From contig JAAEQR010000142.1 in assembly GCA_024231215.1 (NCBI GenBank), positions 36,593-100,592 on the forward strand: 64,000 nucleotides of DNA, given 5' to 3'. The notes under the pieces were generated by a model, which did not search any database, was not told where the DNA came from, and was given only the letters and a program-made list of their open reading frames with translations. The stretch comes from PVC group bacterium. Its GTDB lineage: Bacteria; Omnitrophota; Gorgyraeia; B26-G9. A program made the position numbers and the translations under genes. The number at the start of each line of letters is the position of its first letter. The first letter of the stretch is position 1. Positions 26,547 through 35,916 of this stretch are shown here, piece after piece.

Positions 26547-29500
26547 AAATCTTACGTTATTATACCCTTGCAGTTGTTTTTTGTTTCTTAGCAAATGTGA
26601 TCCTGTCAGTACCCGGTGCTAATGCCCAAACCCATGATGAGCTTTTAGATAGCGGGCTTAGCCAGGAAGTGTTACAAGGCTTATTCAATTCTAATGAGCC
26701 GATCAGTAATCAAAGTGACGCTGCCAATCTTTCCCAGAGTGAAATTGCACCGCCCCCTTTAGTTATCACTACATCCGGTGGTGACATTTATCTACTTCAA
26801 GGTGATGGTGTTAAAGCCAAGATGAAGATAGATCAGCAAGGCACTTTAGAAACAACCTATTCTCTTGACGGTGCTGACTACAAAATGATCAATGAGTTTG
26901 GTGAAGAATTTCATTATGAATACTCCCCGGACGGACAAACAGTACAAATTCTAAATGCCAATAACGAAGTTGTTGGAGAACACTCATTTGAATTGGGCAA
27001 AGCAACCGCATTTTCCGCCCAGGGCAAAATAACTTACCAATATTCTGATGATGGACTTAATCGCTTAGTGACCTCCACAGATGAATGGGGCAATGTTACT
27101 CATTATGACGACTTAAGCCGTCCCACAACAATTACAGACACAGATGGCAACGTTGTCGGAGAATACAAGTTTGATTCTAAGGGTCGGATGCAATCTTTTA
27201 CCGATCGTACCGGAAATGTCACAGTTTTTAATTCCGACGGAATCCGTCCTTTATATACTAAAAATGCACAAGGCACAAAAACTCAGGAATACCGTTATGA
27301 TAGCGACGGACATCTTGACGCGGTAATGAATATTACCAATGGACAAATAACCGAAGTAGAAAATGGATATTACACAGTAACTTATGATACAGTTGAAGTG
27401 CTCAATGATGACGGCACTGTAATGACTGATGAAAACGGTGAAGCAGTACTTGAATATGTTGCAGTCGGCGTATATTCTTATGATACGGCTGGAAATGTAG
27501 AATCTGTTAGCGATCTTGGAATGGGAGGAGTAATTACAGGCTTTACAGAGTATGATGATTACGGAAGAGTTTGTGCTTCCTATAATGCTGAAGGCACTAA
27601 GGTTCAAGAATACAAATATAATGAACATGGTTTCTTGGAAATGACTATATCACTGGGAGCAGTTGATCCATTGGCTGGAGAGCAAACTGTTTTAACTTAT
27701 ACAATATTTGACGGTAATGGTCGTCCAAGTGAAGTATGGCAGCTTGGTGATGGGGAAAACGACAAGATAAAAATCCAAGAATACGTGTATAAAGAAAATG
27801 GTCTTCTGGATATAACCGTTTCTTATGGTATAGAACGGGATGATCAAGGAAATGCAGTACTTAATGATGCCGGAAACTACATTTATTTTGAAACATCAAA
27901 AACTGTTTATGATAAAAAAGGCCGTCCTGAAGCTGTATATGGGATGGTTCGCAATGAAGCTAGCGAATTAGTTGTAGATAGCGATGGAAAACCGGTGCTG
28001 GAGATACAGCAAAAGTACGTCTATAATAAGGAAGGTTTTTTATCTAAAACGATATCTTACGGATTTAACGGTGCAAAAACAGGAGAAACAGTATTTGACG
28101 CATACAGCCGTCCGGTAGAATCTTATAATAGCACCGGGGCTTTAACCCAAACCTATACTTATCGTGAAGACGGTTTCTTAGCTCAAACTTCCAATTATGG
28201 AGACGCGGGAACATTAACCGGATATACACTATATGATGCAAAGGGCAAACCTACCGATGTATTTAATCATGAAGGCAGTCTTGTCCAAAAATATATATAT
28301 GATGAAAATGGTTCAATGATAATGAGCTTAAGCTTATCTTCCGAAGAAGGTGTGAATGACTTAATAGCTGCTACAATTCAGGATAAAACTGCCATTGCTG
28401 ATCTATGGAATAGCGATTGGGATTCAACTTATGACTTTCTTGATCCTGACAATAAGCTTACTTCAGAATATTTAACTTCTGTTGCATGGACAGCTTTAGC
28501 TGACGGTGATATTGAAAAAGCAAAAGCATTTACATTAAAATGCATCCAGACTTTTTCAGGAGAAGCTTTGTCTCAGCAAAAAAGTTTAGATGAACTACCA
28601 ACCGGGCCTGGAATTTCCCAAAATTGGGCCGTAAATGATGTTGGTACTTGTTATAATATTCTAGGTTTGGCTTTAGAGGAAGAAGGCGCTGTTGATGCCG
28701 CAGTAAGCGCATATAAAATACAAGCTTCTGATTTTGGCTATGCACAGGCCTATGACCCGGCAGAAGGCAGCTATTGGCTGGTAAGCGACGGGTCTAAAAA
28801 ACAGTTAGGAGAACTAAACGTAGAAACATCTGTTGTAACTGGATACACTATGTTTGGTGGAGACTCAAAACCAGTTGCTTCATATCAGTTTTATGAAAAA
28901 TTCGATGAGAATGGAGTAAGCCTTGGTGTGCAGGCAACAAAAGTGCAGGAATATGTATACTCCTATGAAGGTAAAACAAAAAATAAGGAAACCGGAGAAT
29001 ATTCAATGGTAACAAAATACTCTGGTTTTGTGCAAAAAACCAGCAACTATGGAGATTTCGATGCTGATACCGGAGAGCAGGTCGTAACCGGTTATACTGT
29101 GTTTGATAAGCTTGGACGTCAACAAAAAACATATAACGACGAAGATCAAGCTGTTCAATCCTACCAATATTCAAATGAAGGTTTTTTAAAAAGCACTGTT
29201 AGTTATGGCCAAAATGGCGTAAGAACAGGAACTACTATTTTTGATAGCTATTCACGTCCAGTTGCCAGCTTCAATATGATGGGTACAAGTACTGGCAAGA
29301 TGCCTAAATCATTTATCCAGGCTCTTAGTAATGGATTAACTAACGAAGAATTAAGTTCTCAAGAATGGCAGCCTTACTTAAAAGGCCTCAGTCAAACCTT
29401 TGAATACGGTAGTGATGGATTCTTAAGCAGCAGCAAATCTTATGGAGAAGCCATAGAAATCAAGGTTACTGATTTTGACGGATTTGCTTCATCTATGGGA

Positions 29501-32500
29501 TCCAGGAAAGGCGATGCTGAATATAAAGCTAAGTATGATTTCAACGAAGATGGAAGTATCAATACAGCAGATATGACTATCTTTAACGACGCCTTTTCCG
29601 GCATAATGGAATTCTCCGAGACTTATGGCTCTACATCAGACGGTCCTGGTCTTTACTTAGCGAAATATGATTATGACAGCGATGGAGATGTAGACAAAAC
29701 GGATCTAAGAGTATTCGCTAAGACATTTGAAAATACAGCAAAATACAGCCCTACCTGGACTGGAGTAACTCACTATGATAAATATGGGAAGGCTGACAAA
29801 GTAATCAATGTTATTACAGACGAGGATGGAAATCCGACTGAAGGTATTATGGTACAACAATATGAATATAATACCCGCGGTTTCATGGAAAAATCTGTTT
29901 CCTATGGAGTTGTAACAGACGATAATGGCACTATAATTATGGATGGAGATACTCCAATTGCCTTGGCCACTGGATACACATTGTTTGATGCTAAATCTCG
30001 GCCGGTATCTACATATAGTATTTATTCTTCTGCTACAACACAACCTCAAGAATCCAAAGTCCAGGATTATGTATATGAAGAAGGTTTTTTAGTTAAAACC
30101 GTCAACTATGGAGATATTGATGCAGAAACAGGTAATGCGGTAGAAACCGGATATACTGAATTTGATAGATATGGGCGTCAAACAGTATCGTATAATGAAT
30201 CCGATCAAAAAGTATCAACATTTAAATATTCTTCCCAGGGCTTTTTGAACGAAACATATAACTACGGAAAAAACGGAGCATTCCAGGGAAAAACAACATT
30301 TAATAAGAGTGGTCGCCCTGTAGAAGCCTACAACATGTATGCAAGTAGAAACGGCAAAGAAACCGGGTTGACTCAAAAATTTAACTACAATGAATATGGC
30401 CTTATGAGTCATAGTGAAACTTTTGGAGAAAACCAGACTCTAACCGGAACAACGTATTATAATGGTTATGGAAAAGGTTTACGGGTAGAAAACGAAAAAG
30501 GCTTTGTTATTTCCTCTTATCATTATAACGAACGCGGTTTTATGGAAAAAACACAAAGTCTTGCTTTTGTAGAAGTAACTGACCCGGAAGAGATCGCACA
30601 GCTTCAAGACAGCGGACTGTATGTAGAAATCACAACAACAGACGATAGTACTAATGAAACAGTAACAGCCGGCGGATTTTACGCAGTAACCGGTCATACA
30701 GAATTCGACGCATATTCACGTCCCACAGACTCCTACCAATGCTACTGGGATACTCAAGGGGAAGGTGAAAGAGTTAAAGTTCAGGAATACAAGTACGAAG
30801 ATGGCTTCTTAGTAGAAACTATAACTTTAGGCAGACCGGATGAAACAGGAGCTCAACAGCAAACAGGCCGTACTGAATTTGACAAGTATGGACGTCAGGT
30901 AGCATCATATAATGAATTTGATGAGCTTACAACAAAATACAAATACTCTACTCAAGGGTTTCTCTCAGGAACCAGCAACCATGGAGCACGTGGAGTTATT
31001 ACCGGTAAAACTGAAATCGGAGCTTTAGGAAAACCAACTGGAGCTTATAATCAAAAAGGAACCTTAGTTCAGTCTTTCAACTATGATAGTGTTACCGGTC
31101 AATTAACCGGAAGCACATCTTATGGAGAACCTGATGCCGAAACCGGAAATCCTACATTAACCGGTACTACTACATATGATGCCTATGGTAAAGCAACTGC
31201 AGCATATAATGATAAAGGAGCTCAAGTACAAAAATATGTATACGATAACCAGGGATTTATGTTAGAAACCGTTAGCCTGGGCGATGACATAGGACAAGGC
31301 CCGGTAGAAACAGGCCGAACAGTGTATGATCATGCCAGCCGGCCAATGGAATCTTATACTATCTCAGCTAGCGGAGTAGAAACTAAAGTTCAGGTATTTG
31401 TATACAATAGTGCAGTTAATTTATCTAATTATGAACAATATATTGCAAATCCAACTGATGCTCAGTTTGCAGAGACGGAAACCGGGTTCTTGACGACTAC
31501 ATTCAGTCATGGCAAAAATAACCACTTGGCTGGGTATACGAAGTTCAATAACTATGGACAACAAGAAGCATCATATAATGAGTTTGATGAGATGACTGTT
31601 GCATTCAAATATTCCAAGTCAGGCTTCATGACTGAATCCTGGAATTACACTATCAACAAAACTCGTACAGGTGTAACCTCATATAGTGCAACAGGAAGGC
31701 CAGACGCTTCATATAATGAAAAAGGCGCTGTAATCCAGGAATTCAATTACAATGACAATGGGTTTTTGGTATCTACAAACGGTTATGGAGATCTGGATGA
31801 AAACGGTGATCCTACATTAACACAAACCACACATTATGATGAATTTGGAAAACAAACACATAGCATGAATATAGATGGTGCTATTTCCCAAACTTTCCAT
31901 TATGATGATGCTGGTTTTCTTGAAAGATCAACCGGCTGGGCACAACGTGAAGATACTCCGGATACTCTTATCTGGTATGAAGTCTTAGATCAAGGATATG
32001 CCGTGGAAACTAGTTATACACTGTACAATGATGCATCCAGACCTTCTGAATCATACAGTGTATATGAAGGTGCCTCTGGAAAAACAGAAATGAAAACACA
32101 AGAGTTTATTTACAACACAGGCGTTGATGAAACCAATTATCAGGCATACATGGAAAATCCAGAAGCATTCAGCGAGACTGTAACCGGATTCATGACACAG
32201 TCTGTAACTTTCGCTCTAAATAACAGCAGTGTAGATGCGGAAGGAAATCTTGTATTTACCGATTCTTACTCACACGTAGATGAAGAAAGCGGTATTACTA
32301 CTGCCAATGAATTAGGCTCTGAAGTAATTGTCTCTGGGTTGACTTCGTACAATCGATATGGTCGTCCGGATACAACTTACAATCATGAGGGGCAAAAAGT
32401 TTCCGTAAGTAAGTACAATCAAAACGGTTTCCTGCAACAAACTGAAAATTACGGAGATAACGGTGCTATTACCGGTAAATTGCTATACAACGCAGCTGGC

Positions 32501-33427
32501 AGACCAACCGAAGCATTAAACCACAAAAACGTCAAAGTAACAGAATACTTCTATAACGATCAAGGTGGGTTAGACGTTACTTTAAACTACAACAATGGAA
32601 CTATAACCCAAAGAACAGAATATGACATATATTCTAAGGCAACAGCTTCTTACCAGCTTTTCTCAGGAAAAGAAGGTAACAAATTTGGAGAACAGCAGGG
32701 ATATCAATATGATGCCTCAGGAACCGCTAACTATGATGTAAATAATCCTACTGCACGTGGCAGCGGAACATTAACCCAGCAAAGTTACTATAATGAATTC
32801 GGGTTAATGAAGGCTTCTGTTACTTACGGAAGAAGTGGAAAAGAGACCAGTTATGTTGTATTCGATAAATATCAAAGACCAGTTGAAGTATATAACATAT
32901 CTCCTGATAATCAAAACGGTCGCGATACAATTTTGTCCAGCATCATTGTGCAAAGCGAAAACGTTTATACGGGAGAAGCTGCTGCTAACCTGGGATCAGC
33001 TAGAGTTCAAAGCTACAACTATAATGCAAATGGCTTTATGACCTCAACGATCTCTTATCAGAGATCAAAGGACTACGATGATCAGGGTAATCCGGTGGCT
33101 GACGGAACTTGGGAAAAAGAAACCTCAATCACTTACTATGCAAGTAACGGGCAACAAATAAACACATTCTTGCTAAAAGATGGGGTACAGGCTAATCTCG
33201 CAAAACCTGATCACACAGTCGGTGCAAAACAAGCTGAATACAAGTACAACACTAATGGGTTCTTAGACAGAGCCTATAATTATCAGGATAATTCTCAGAC
33301 AGGATACACCAAATATGATGATAGCGGAAGACAAACAACAAGCTACAATGATAAAGGCACTGCTGTCAATGCTTACTGGTATAATTCAAATGGGTTCTTG
33401 ATTGGTAGTACCTCGCTGGGACAGTAG
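26543..33427 (+). CDS. Giant secreted YD/RHS-like repeat protein (2294 aa) with TPR-like and dockerin/EF-hand-like inserts
   Basis: AGGAGG RBS; Sec signal peptide (…GANA|Q); about 28-30 repeats (counted by eye) of TGxTxFDxYGRPxxSYNxxGxxVQxYxYxxxGFLxxTxSYG; helical insert near 28460-28810; two DxNxDGxIxxxD-type motifs near 29530-29710. Confidence 0.85.
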   Translation: MKILRYYTLAVVFCFLANVILSVPGANAQTHDELLDSGLSQEVLQGLFNSNEPISNQSDAANLSQSEIAPPPLVITTSGGDIYLLQGDGVKAKMKIDQQGTLETTYSLDGADYKMINEFGEEFHYEYSPDGQTVQILNANNEVVGEHSFELGKATAFSAQGKITYQYSDDGLNRLVTSTDEWGNVTHYDDLSRPTTITDTDGNVVGEYKFDSKGRMQSFTDRTGNVTVFNSDGIRPLYTKNAQGTKTQEYRYDSDGHLDAVMNITNGQITEVENGYYTVTYDTVEVLNDDGTVMTDENGEAVLEYVAVGVYSYDTAGNVESVSDLGMGGVITGFTEYDDYGRVCASYNAEGTKVQEYKYNEHGFLEMTISLGAVDPLAGEQTVLTYTIFDGNGRPSEVWQLGDGENDKIKIQEYVYKENGLLDITVSYGIERDDQGNAVLNDAGNYIYFETSKTVYDKKGRPEAVYGMVRNEASELVVDSDGKPVLEIQQKYVYNKEGFLSKTISYGFNGAKTGETVFDAYSRPVESYNSTGALTQTYTYREDGFLAQTSNYGDAGTLTGYTLYDAKGKPTDVFNHEGSLVQKYIYDENGSMIMSLSLSSEEGVNDLIAATIQDKTAIADLWNSDWDSTYDFLDPDNKLTSEYLTSVAWTALADGDIEKAKAFTLKCIQTFSGEALSQQKSLDELPTGPGISQNWAVNDVGTCYNILGLALEEEGAVDAAVSAYKIQASDFGYAQAYDPAEGSYWLVSDGSKKQLGELNVETSVVTGYTMFGGDSKPVASYQFYEKFDENGVSLGVQATKVQEYVYSYEGKTKNKETGEYSMVTKYSGFVQKTSNYGDFDADTGEQVVTGYTVFDKLGRQQKTYNDEDQAVQSYQYSNEGFLKSTVSYGQNGVRTGTTIFDSYSRPVASFNMMGTSTGKMPKSFIQALSNGLTNEELSSQEWQPYLKGLSQTFEYGSDGFLSSSKSYGEAIEIKVTDFDGFASSMGSRKGDAEYKAKYDFNEDGSINTADMTIFNDAFSGIMEFSETYGSTSDGPGLYLAKYDYDSDGDVDKTDLRVFAKTFENTAKYSPTWTGVTHYDKYGKADKVINVITDEDGNPTEGIMVQQYEYNTRGFMEKSVSYGVVTDDNGTIIMDGDTPIALATGYTLFDAKSRPVSTYSIYSSATTQPQESKVQDYVYEEGFLVKTVNYGDIDAETGNAVETGYTEFDRYGRQTVSYNESDQKVSTFKYSSQGFLNETYNYGKNGAFQGKTTFNKSGRPVEAYNMYASRNGKETGLTQKFNYNEYGLMSHSETFGENQTLTGTTYYNGYGKGLRVENEKGFVISSYHYNERGFMEKTQSLAFVEVTDPEEIAQLQDSGLYVEITTTDDSTNETVTAGGFYAVTGHTEFDAYSRPTDSYQCYWDTQGEGERVKVQEYKYEDGFLVETITLGRPDETGAQQQTGRTEFDKYGRQVASYNEFDELTTKYKYSTQGFLSGTSNHGARGVITGKTEIGALGKPTGAYNQKGTLVQSFNYDSVTGQLTGSTSYGEPDAETGNPTLTGTTTYDAYGKATAAYNDKGAQVQKYVYDNQGFMLETVSLGDDIGQGPVETGRTVYDHASRPMESYTISASGVETKVQVFVYNSAVNLSNYEQYIANPTDAQFAETETGFLTTTFSHGKNNHLAGYTKFNNYGQQEASYNEFDEMTVAFKYSKSGFMTESWNYTINKTRTGVTSYSATGRPDASYNEKGAVIQEFNYNDNGFLVSTNGYGDLDENGDPTLTQTTHYDEFGKQTHSMNIDGAISQTFHYDDAGFLERSTGWAQREDTPDTLIWYEVLDQGYAVETSYTLYNDASRPSESYSVYEGASGKTEMKTQEFIYNTGVDETNYQAYMENPEAFSETVTGFMTQSVTFALNNSSVDAEGNLVFTDSYSHVDEESGITTANELGSEVIVSGLTSYNRYGRPDTTYNHEGQKVSVSKYNQNGFLQQTENYGDNGAITGKLLYNAAGRPTEALNHKNVKVTEYFYNDQGGLDVTLNYNNGTITQRTEYDIYSKATASYQLFSGKEGNKFGEQQGYQYDASGTANYDVNNPTARGSGTLTQQSYYNEFGLMKASVTYGRSGKETSYVVFDKYQRPVEVYNISPDNQNGRDTILSSIIVQSENVYTGEAAANLGSARVQSYNYNANGFMTSTISYQRSKDYDDQGNPVADGTWEKETSITYYASNGQQINTFLLKDGVQANLAKPDHTVGAKQAEYKYNTNGFLDRAYNYQDNSQTGYTKYDDSGRQTTSYNDKGTAVNAYWYNSNGFLIGSTSLGQ

Positions 33428-33460
33428 GTATTACAATTAAAGATCCAGATGCAGCTGTTT

Positions 33461-33499
33461 TAGCAAAAGCCCCTTGGTAACCCCAAGGGGCTTTTGCTA
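33461..33499. terminator. Rho-independent terminator (perfect 17-bp stem)
   Basis: TAGCAAAAGCCCCTTGG-taacc-CCAAGGGGCTTTTGCTA. Confidence 0.8.
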
Positions 33500-33525
33500 T
33501 ACAACATCCTAGCAGCAAGTTTTCC

Positions 33526-33554
33526 TTGAATTACTTGCTAACTTATTGTAAAAT
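33526..33554 (+). promoter_or_regulatory. Sigma70 promoter for the kds operon
   Basis: TTGAAT-17bp-TAAAAT. Confidence 0.5.
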
Positions 33555-33637
33555 AATATCATTAATCACAGGATATATATTATTTAATAAGAAATCAACC
33601 CAAGCACGCTTAATGTGCATAAGTAAAGCACCTATAA

Positions 33638-34438
33638 ATGTTTATAAACTTTTTATCACAAAAAGACCTTTTTCTGATTGCCGGACCCTGCGTAATTGAG
33701 TCTGAAAAAATGTGTCTGGAACATGCAATGGTTATTAGTAAGCTCTGCAAACAACTGCATATTCCTTATATTTTTAAAGCCAGTTATGATAAAGCCAACC
33801 GAACTTCTATTGATTCTTTTCGCGGTTTGGGAATAAAAAAAGGATTATCTGTACTAAAAAAAATTAGGAAAAATCTACGAATTCCGGTTCTGAGCGATGT
33901 ACATAGTATAGAGGAGATCAAAAGCGTCGCAGAAGTCGTAGACATTATTCAAATCCCCGCCTTATTATGTCGACAAACAAACCTGATACTTGCTGCGGCA
34001 AAAACTAAAAAAATAATTAATATAAAAAAAGGGCAATTTATGGCCCCTTTTGATATGCTCTCTGTAATAAAAAAAGTTGAAAGCACCGGCAATAAAAAAA
34101 TACTTCTTACGGAAAGAGGAACGTGTTTCGGATATAATAATCTGGTCAGTGACATGAGAGCTATCCCCATAATGAAAAAAACCGGATATCCTGTTATTTT
34201 TGATGCTACCCATAGTGTTCAATTACCCGGCGCTGGTCGAGGCAAATCCTCCGGAAAAAGAGAGTTTGTCGAACCTCTAGCATTAAGTGCGATTGCCGCT
34301 GGAAGTAATGGGTTGTTTCTAGAAGCACATAAAACTCCGCAAAAAGCACTTTGTGATGGTCCTAATATGGTTGATTTTAAACTATTGGAACGTATATTGA
34401 AAAAAGCTAAACAAATCAGAAAGATAATAAATGGGTGA
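33638..34438 (+). CDS. kdsA: KDO8P synthase
   Basis: IAGPCVIE, KASYDKANRTS, IKKGQF, ERGTCFGYNNLV, DATHSVQ, CDGP. Confidence 0.97.
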   Translation: MFINFLSQKDLFLIAGPCVIESEKMCLEHAMVISKLCKQLHIPYIFKASYDKANRTSIDSFRGLGIKKGLSVLKKIRKNLRIPVLSDVHSIEEIKSVAEVVDIIQIPALLCRQTNLILAAAKTKKIINIKKGQFMAPFDMLSVIKKVESTGNKKILLTERGTCFGYNNLVSDMRAIPIMKKTGYPVIFDATHSVQLPGAGRGKSSGKREFVEPLALSAIAAGSNGLFLEAHKTPQKALCDGPNMVDFKLLERILKKAKQIRKIING

Positions 34439-35399
34439 GCAAAAATTTCAAAAAATAGCAAAACAGGTATTACGAACTGAAGCCAAAGCAATCACGGATC
34501 TCTTGCCCCGGATTGATAAAAAATTTGATAAGGCAGTTAACCTCATTTCCCTTTGCAATGGTCGGATTGTAATAACAGGCATGGGCAAACCAGGAATAAT
34601 CGGAGCAAAAATTTCAGCAACCTTAGCAAGTCTGGGCGTACCTAGTTTATTTCTTCACCCAGCAGATGCAGTGCACGGCGATCTAGGCAGAGTAACAAAA
34701 GAAGATATTGTAATTGCTATATCCAATAGCGGTCAAACCGAAGAAATTGTGCGTCTTTTACCCATAATTAAAAAAATTGGTTCTACGCTTATCTGTTTAA
34801 CGGGAAACCCTAAATCTCTACTTGCCCAGTATAGCGATATTACCCTGAATGTAGGGGTGAAAAAAGAAGCTTGTCCTTTTAATTTAGCCCCTACAGCCAG
34901 TACTACCGCAACCTTGGCGATGGGAGATGCGCTAGCATTGGCTGTTCTGATAAAAAGAGGATTTAAAATTGAAGATTATGCTTTTTACCATCCCGGAGGA
35001 AGCTTAGGCAAAAAATTATTACAAGTAAAAGATCTTATGAGAAAAGGCAAAGACAACCCTATTGTAAACGAAACAACTAAGGTTAAGACAGTTCTTCTCC
35101 ATATTACTAAATCCAGGGCCGGCTGTGCAGTTGTGGTTAATAAAAAACGAGAGCTTATCGGCATTTTTACCGATGGAGATTTGCGCAGGCACATTGAAAA
35201 TGAAGCCAATCTCCTAGAAAAAGATGTGAAATCTGTAATGACTAAAAATCCAATGGTAATAAATAAAGAAAAACTAGCGGTTGAAGCACTGAAAATATTA
35301 AAGGAAAGAAAAATCGATGAATTGCCAGTGGTAGATGATCGTAAGCATCCGGCCGGTCTTTTAGATGTACAAGATTTACTTAAAGCAGGTATAATATGA
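34431..35399 (+). CDS. kdsD: Arabinose-5-phosphate isomerase (KpsF/GutQ)
   Basis: SIS domain (GMGK.G, HGDLG, SNSGQT, APTAST), HPGGSLG, two CBS domains. Confidence 0.95.
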   Translation: MGEQKFQKIAKQVLRTEAKAITDLLPRIDKKFDKAVNLISLCNGRIVITGMGKPGIIGAKISATLASLGVPSLFLHPADAVHGDLGRVTKEDIVIAISNSGQTEEIVRLLPIIKKIGSTLICLTGNPKSLLAQYSDITLNVGVKKEACPFNLAPTASTTATLAMGDALALAVLIKRGFKIEDYAFYHPGGSLGKKLLQVKDLMRKGKDNPIVNETTKVKTVLLHITKSRAGCAVVVNKKRELIGIFTDGDLRRHIENEANLLEKDVKSVMTKNPMVINKEKLAVEALKILKERKIDELPVVDDRKHPAGLLDVQDLLKAGII

Positions 35400-35914
35400 T
35401 GAATCAAAAAGCAGAAAAGATAAAAATAGTAATTGTTGATGTGGACGGGGTGCTGACTAACGGAACAATTATCTATGGCAATTTTGGTGATGAATACCGC
35501 TCTTTTTCGGTACATGACGGCATGGGCTTTGCTTTGCTGCATCGAACAGGAATTAAATCGGCAATTATAACTGCTAAGTCATCAAGAGCAGTTAGCAAAA
35601 GAGCTAAGGAATTGAAAATAAATCTTGTTTTTAAAAACGTGAAAAATAAACTCTTAGTATTTAAAAAATTATTGAAGAGATTAAAGCTAAAGCCAGAAGA
35701 AGCCTGTTACATAGGGGATGATTTACTTGATCTTGCTACTATACAAGCAGCCGGGTTTTCAATAACAGTTCCTCAGGCATGTAAAGAAGTAAAAGAAGCA
35801 GCTCATTATATAACCCAGAAAAATGCCGGGGCAGGTGCTGTAAGAGAGGCAATTGAGCTTATTCTTAAAGCTCAGAGCAAATGGCCTGCACTGATCAAAA
35901 CCTTTGAAAGTTAA
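35396..35914 (+). CDS. kdsC: KDO8P phosphatase
   Basis: HAD motif DVDGVLT, HDGMG, YIGDDLLD, GAGAVRE. Confidence 0.93.
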   Translation: MMNQKAEKIKIVIVDVDGVLTNGTIIYGNFGDEYRSFSVHDGMGFALLHRTGIKSAIITAKSSRAVSKRAKELKINLVFKNVKNKLLVFKKLLKRLKLKPEEACYIGDDLLDLATIQAAGFSITVPQACKEVKEAAHYITQKNAGAGAVREAIELILKAQSKWPALIKTFES

Positions 35915-35916
35915 AA

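Noticed and set aside
26543-33427. Classical Rhs polymorphic toxin with immunity gene
   Set aside because: No PxxxxDPxG core, no distinct C-terminal toxin, and no downstream immunity ORF (terminator then kdsA).
33563-33590. dif-like sequence TAATCACAGGA-TATATA-TTATTTAATAA
   Set aside because: Only a partial match to the XerD arm and a poor XerC arm. Similar weak partial matches near 12174 and 52275 are also unconvincing in AT-rich DNA.
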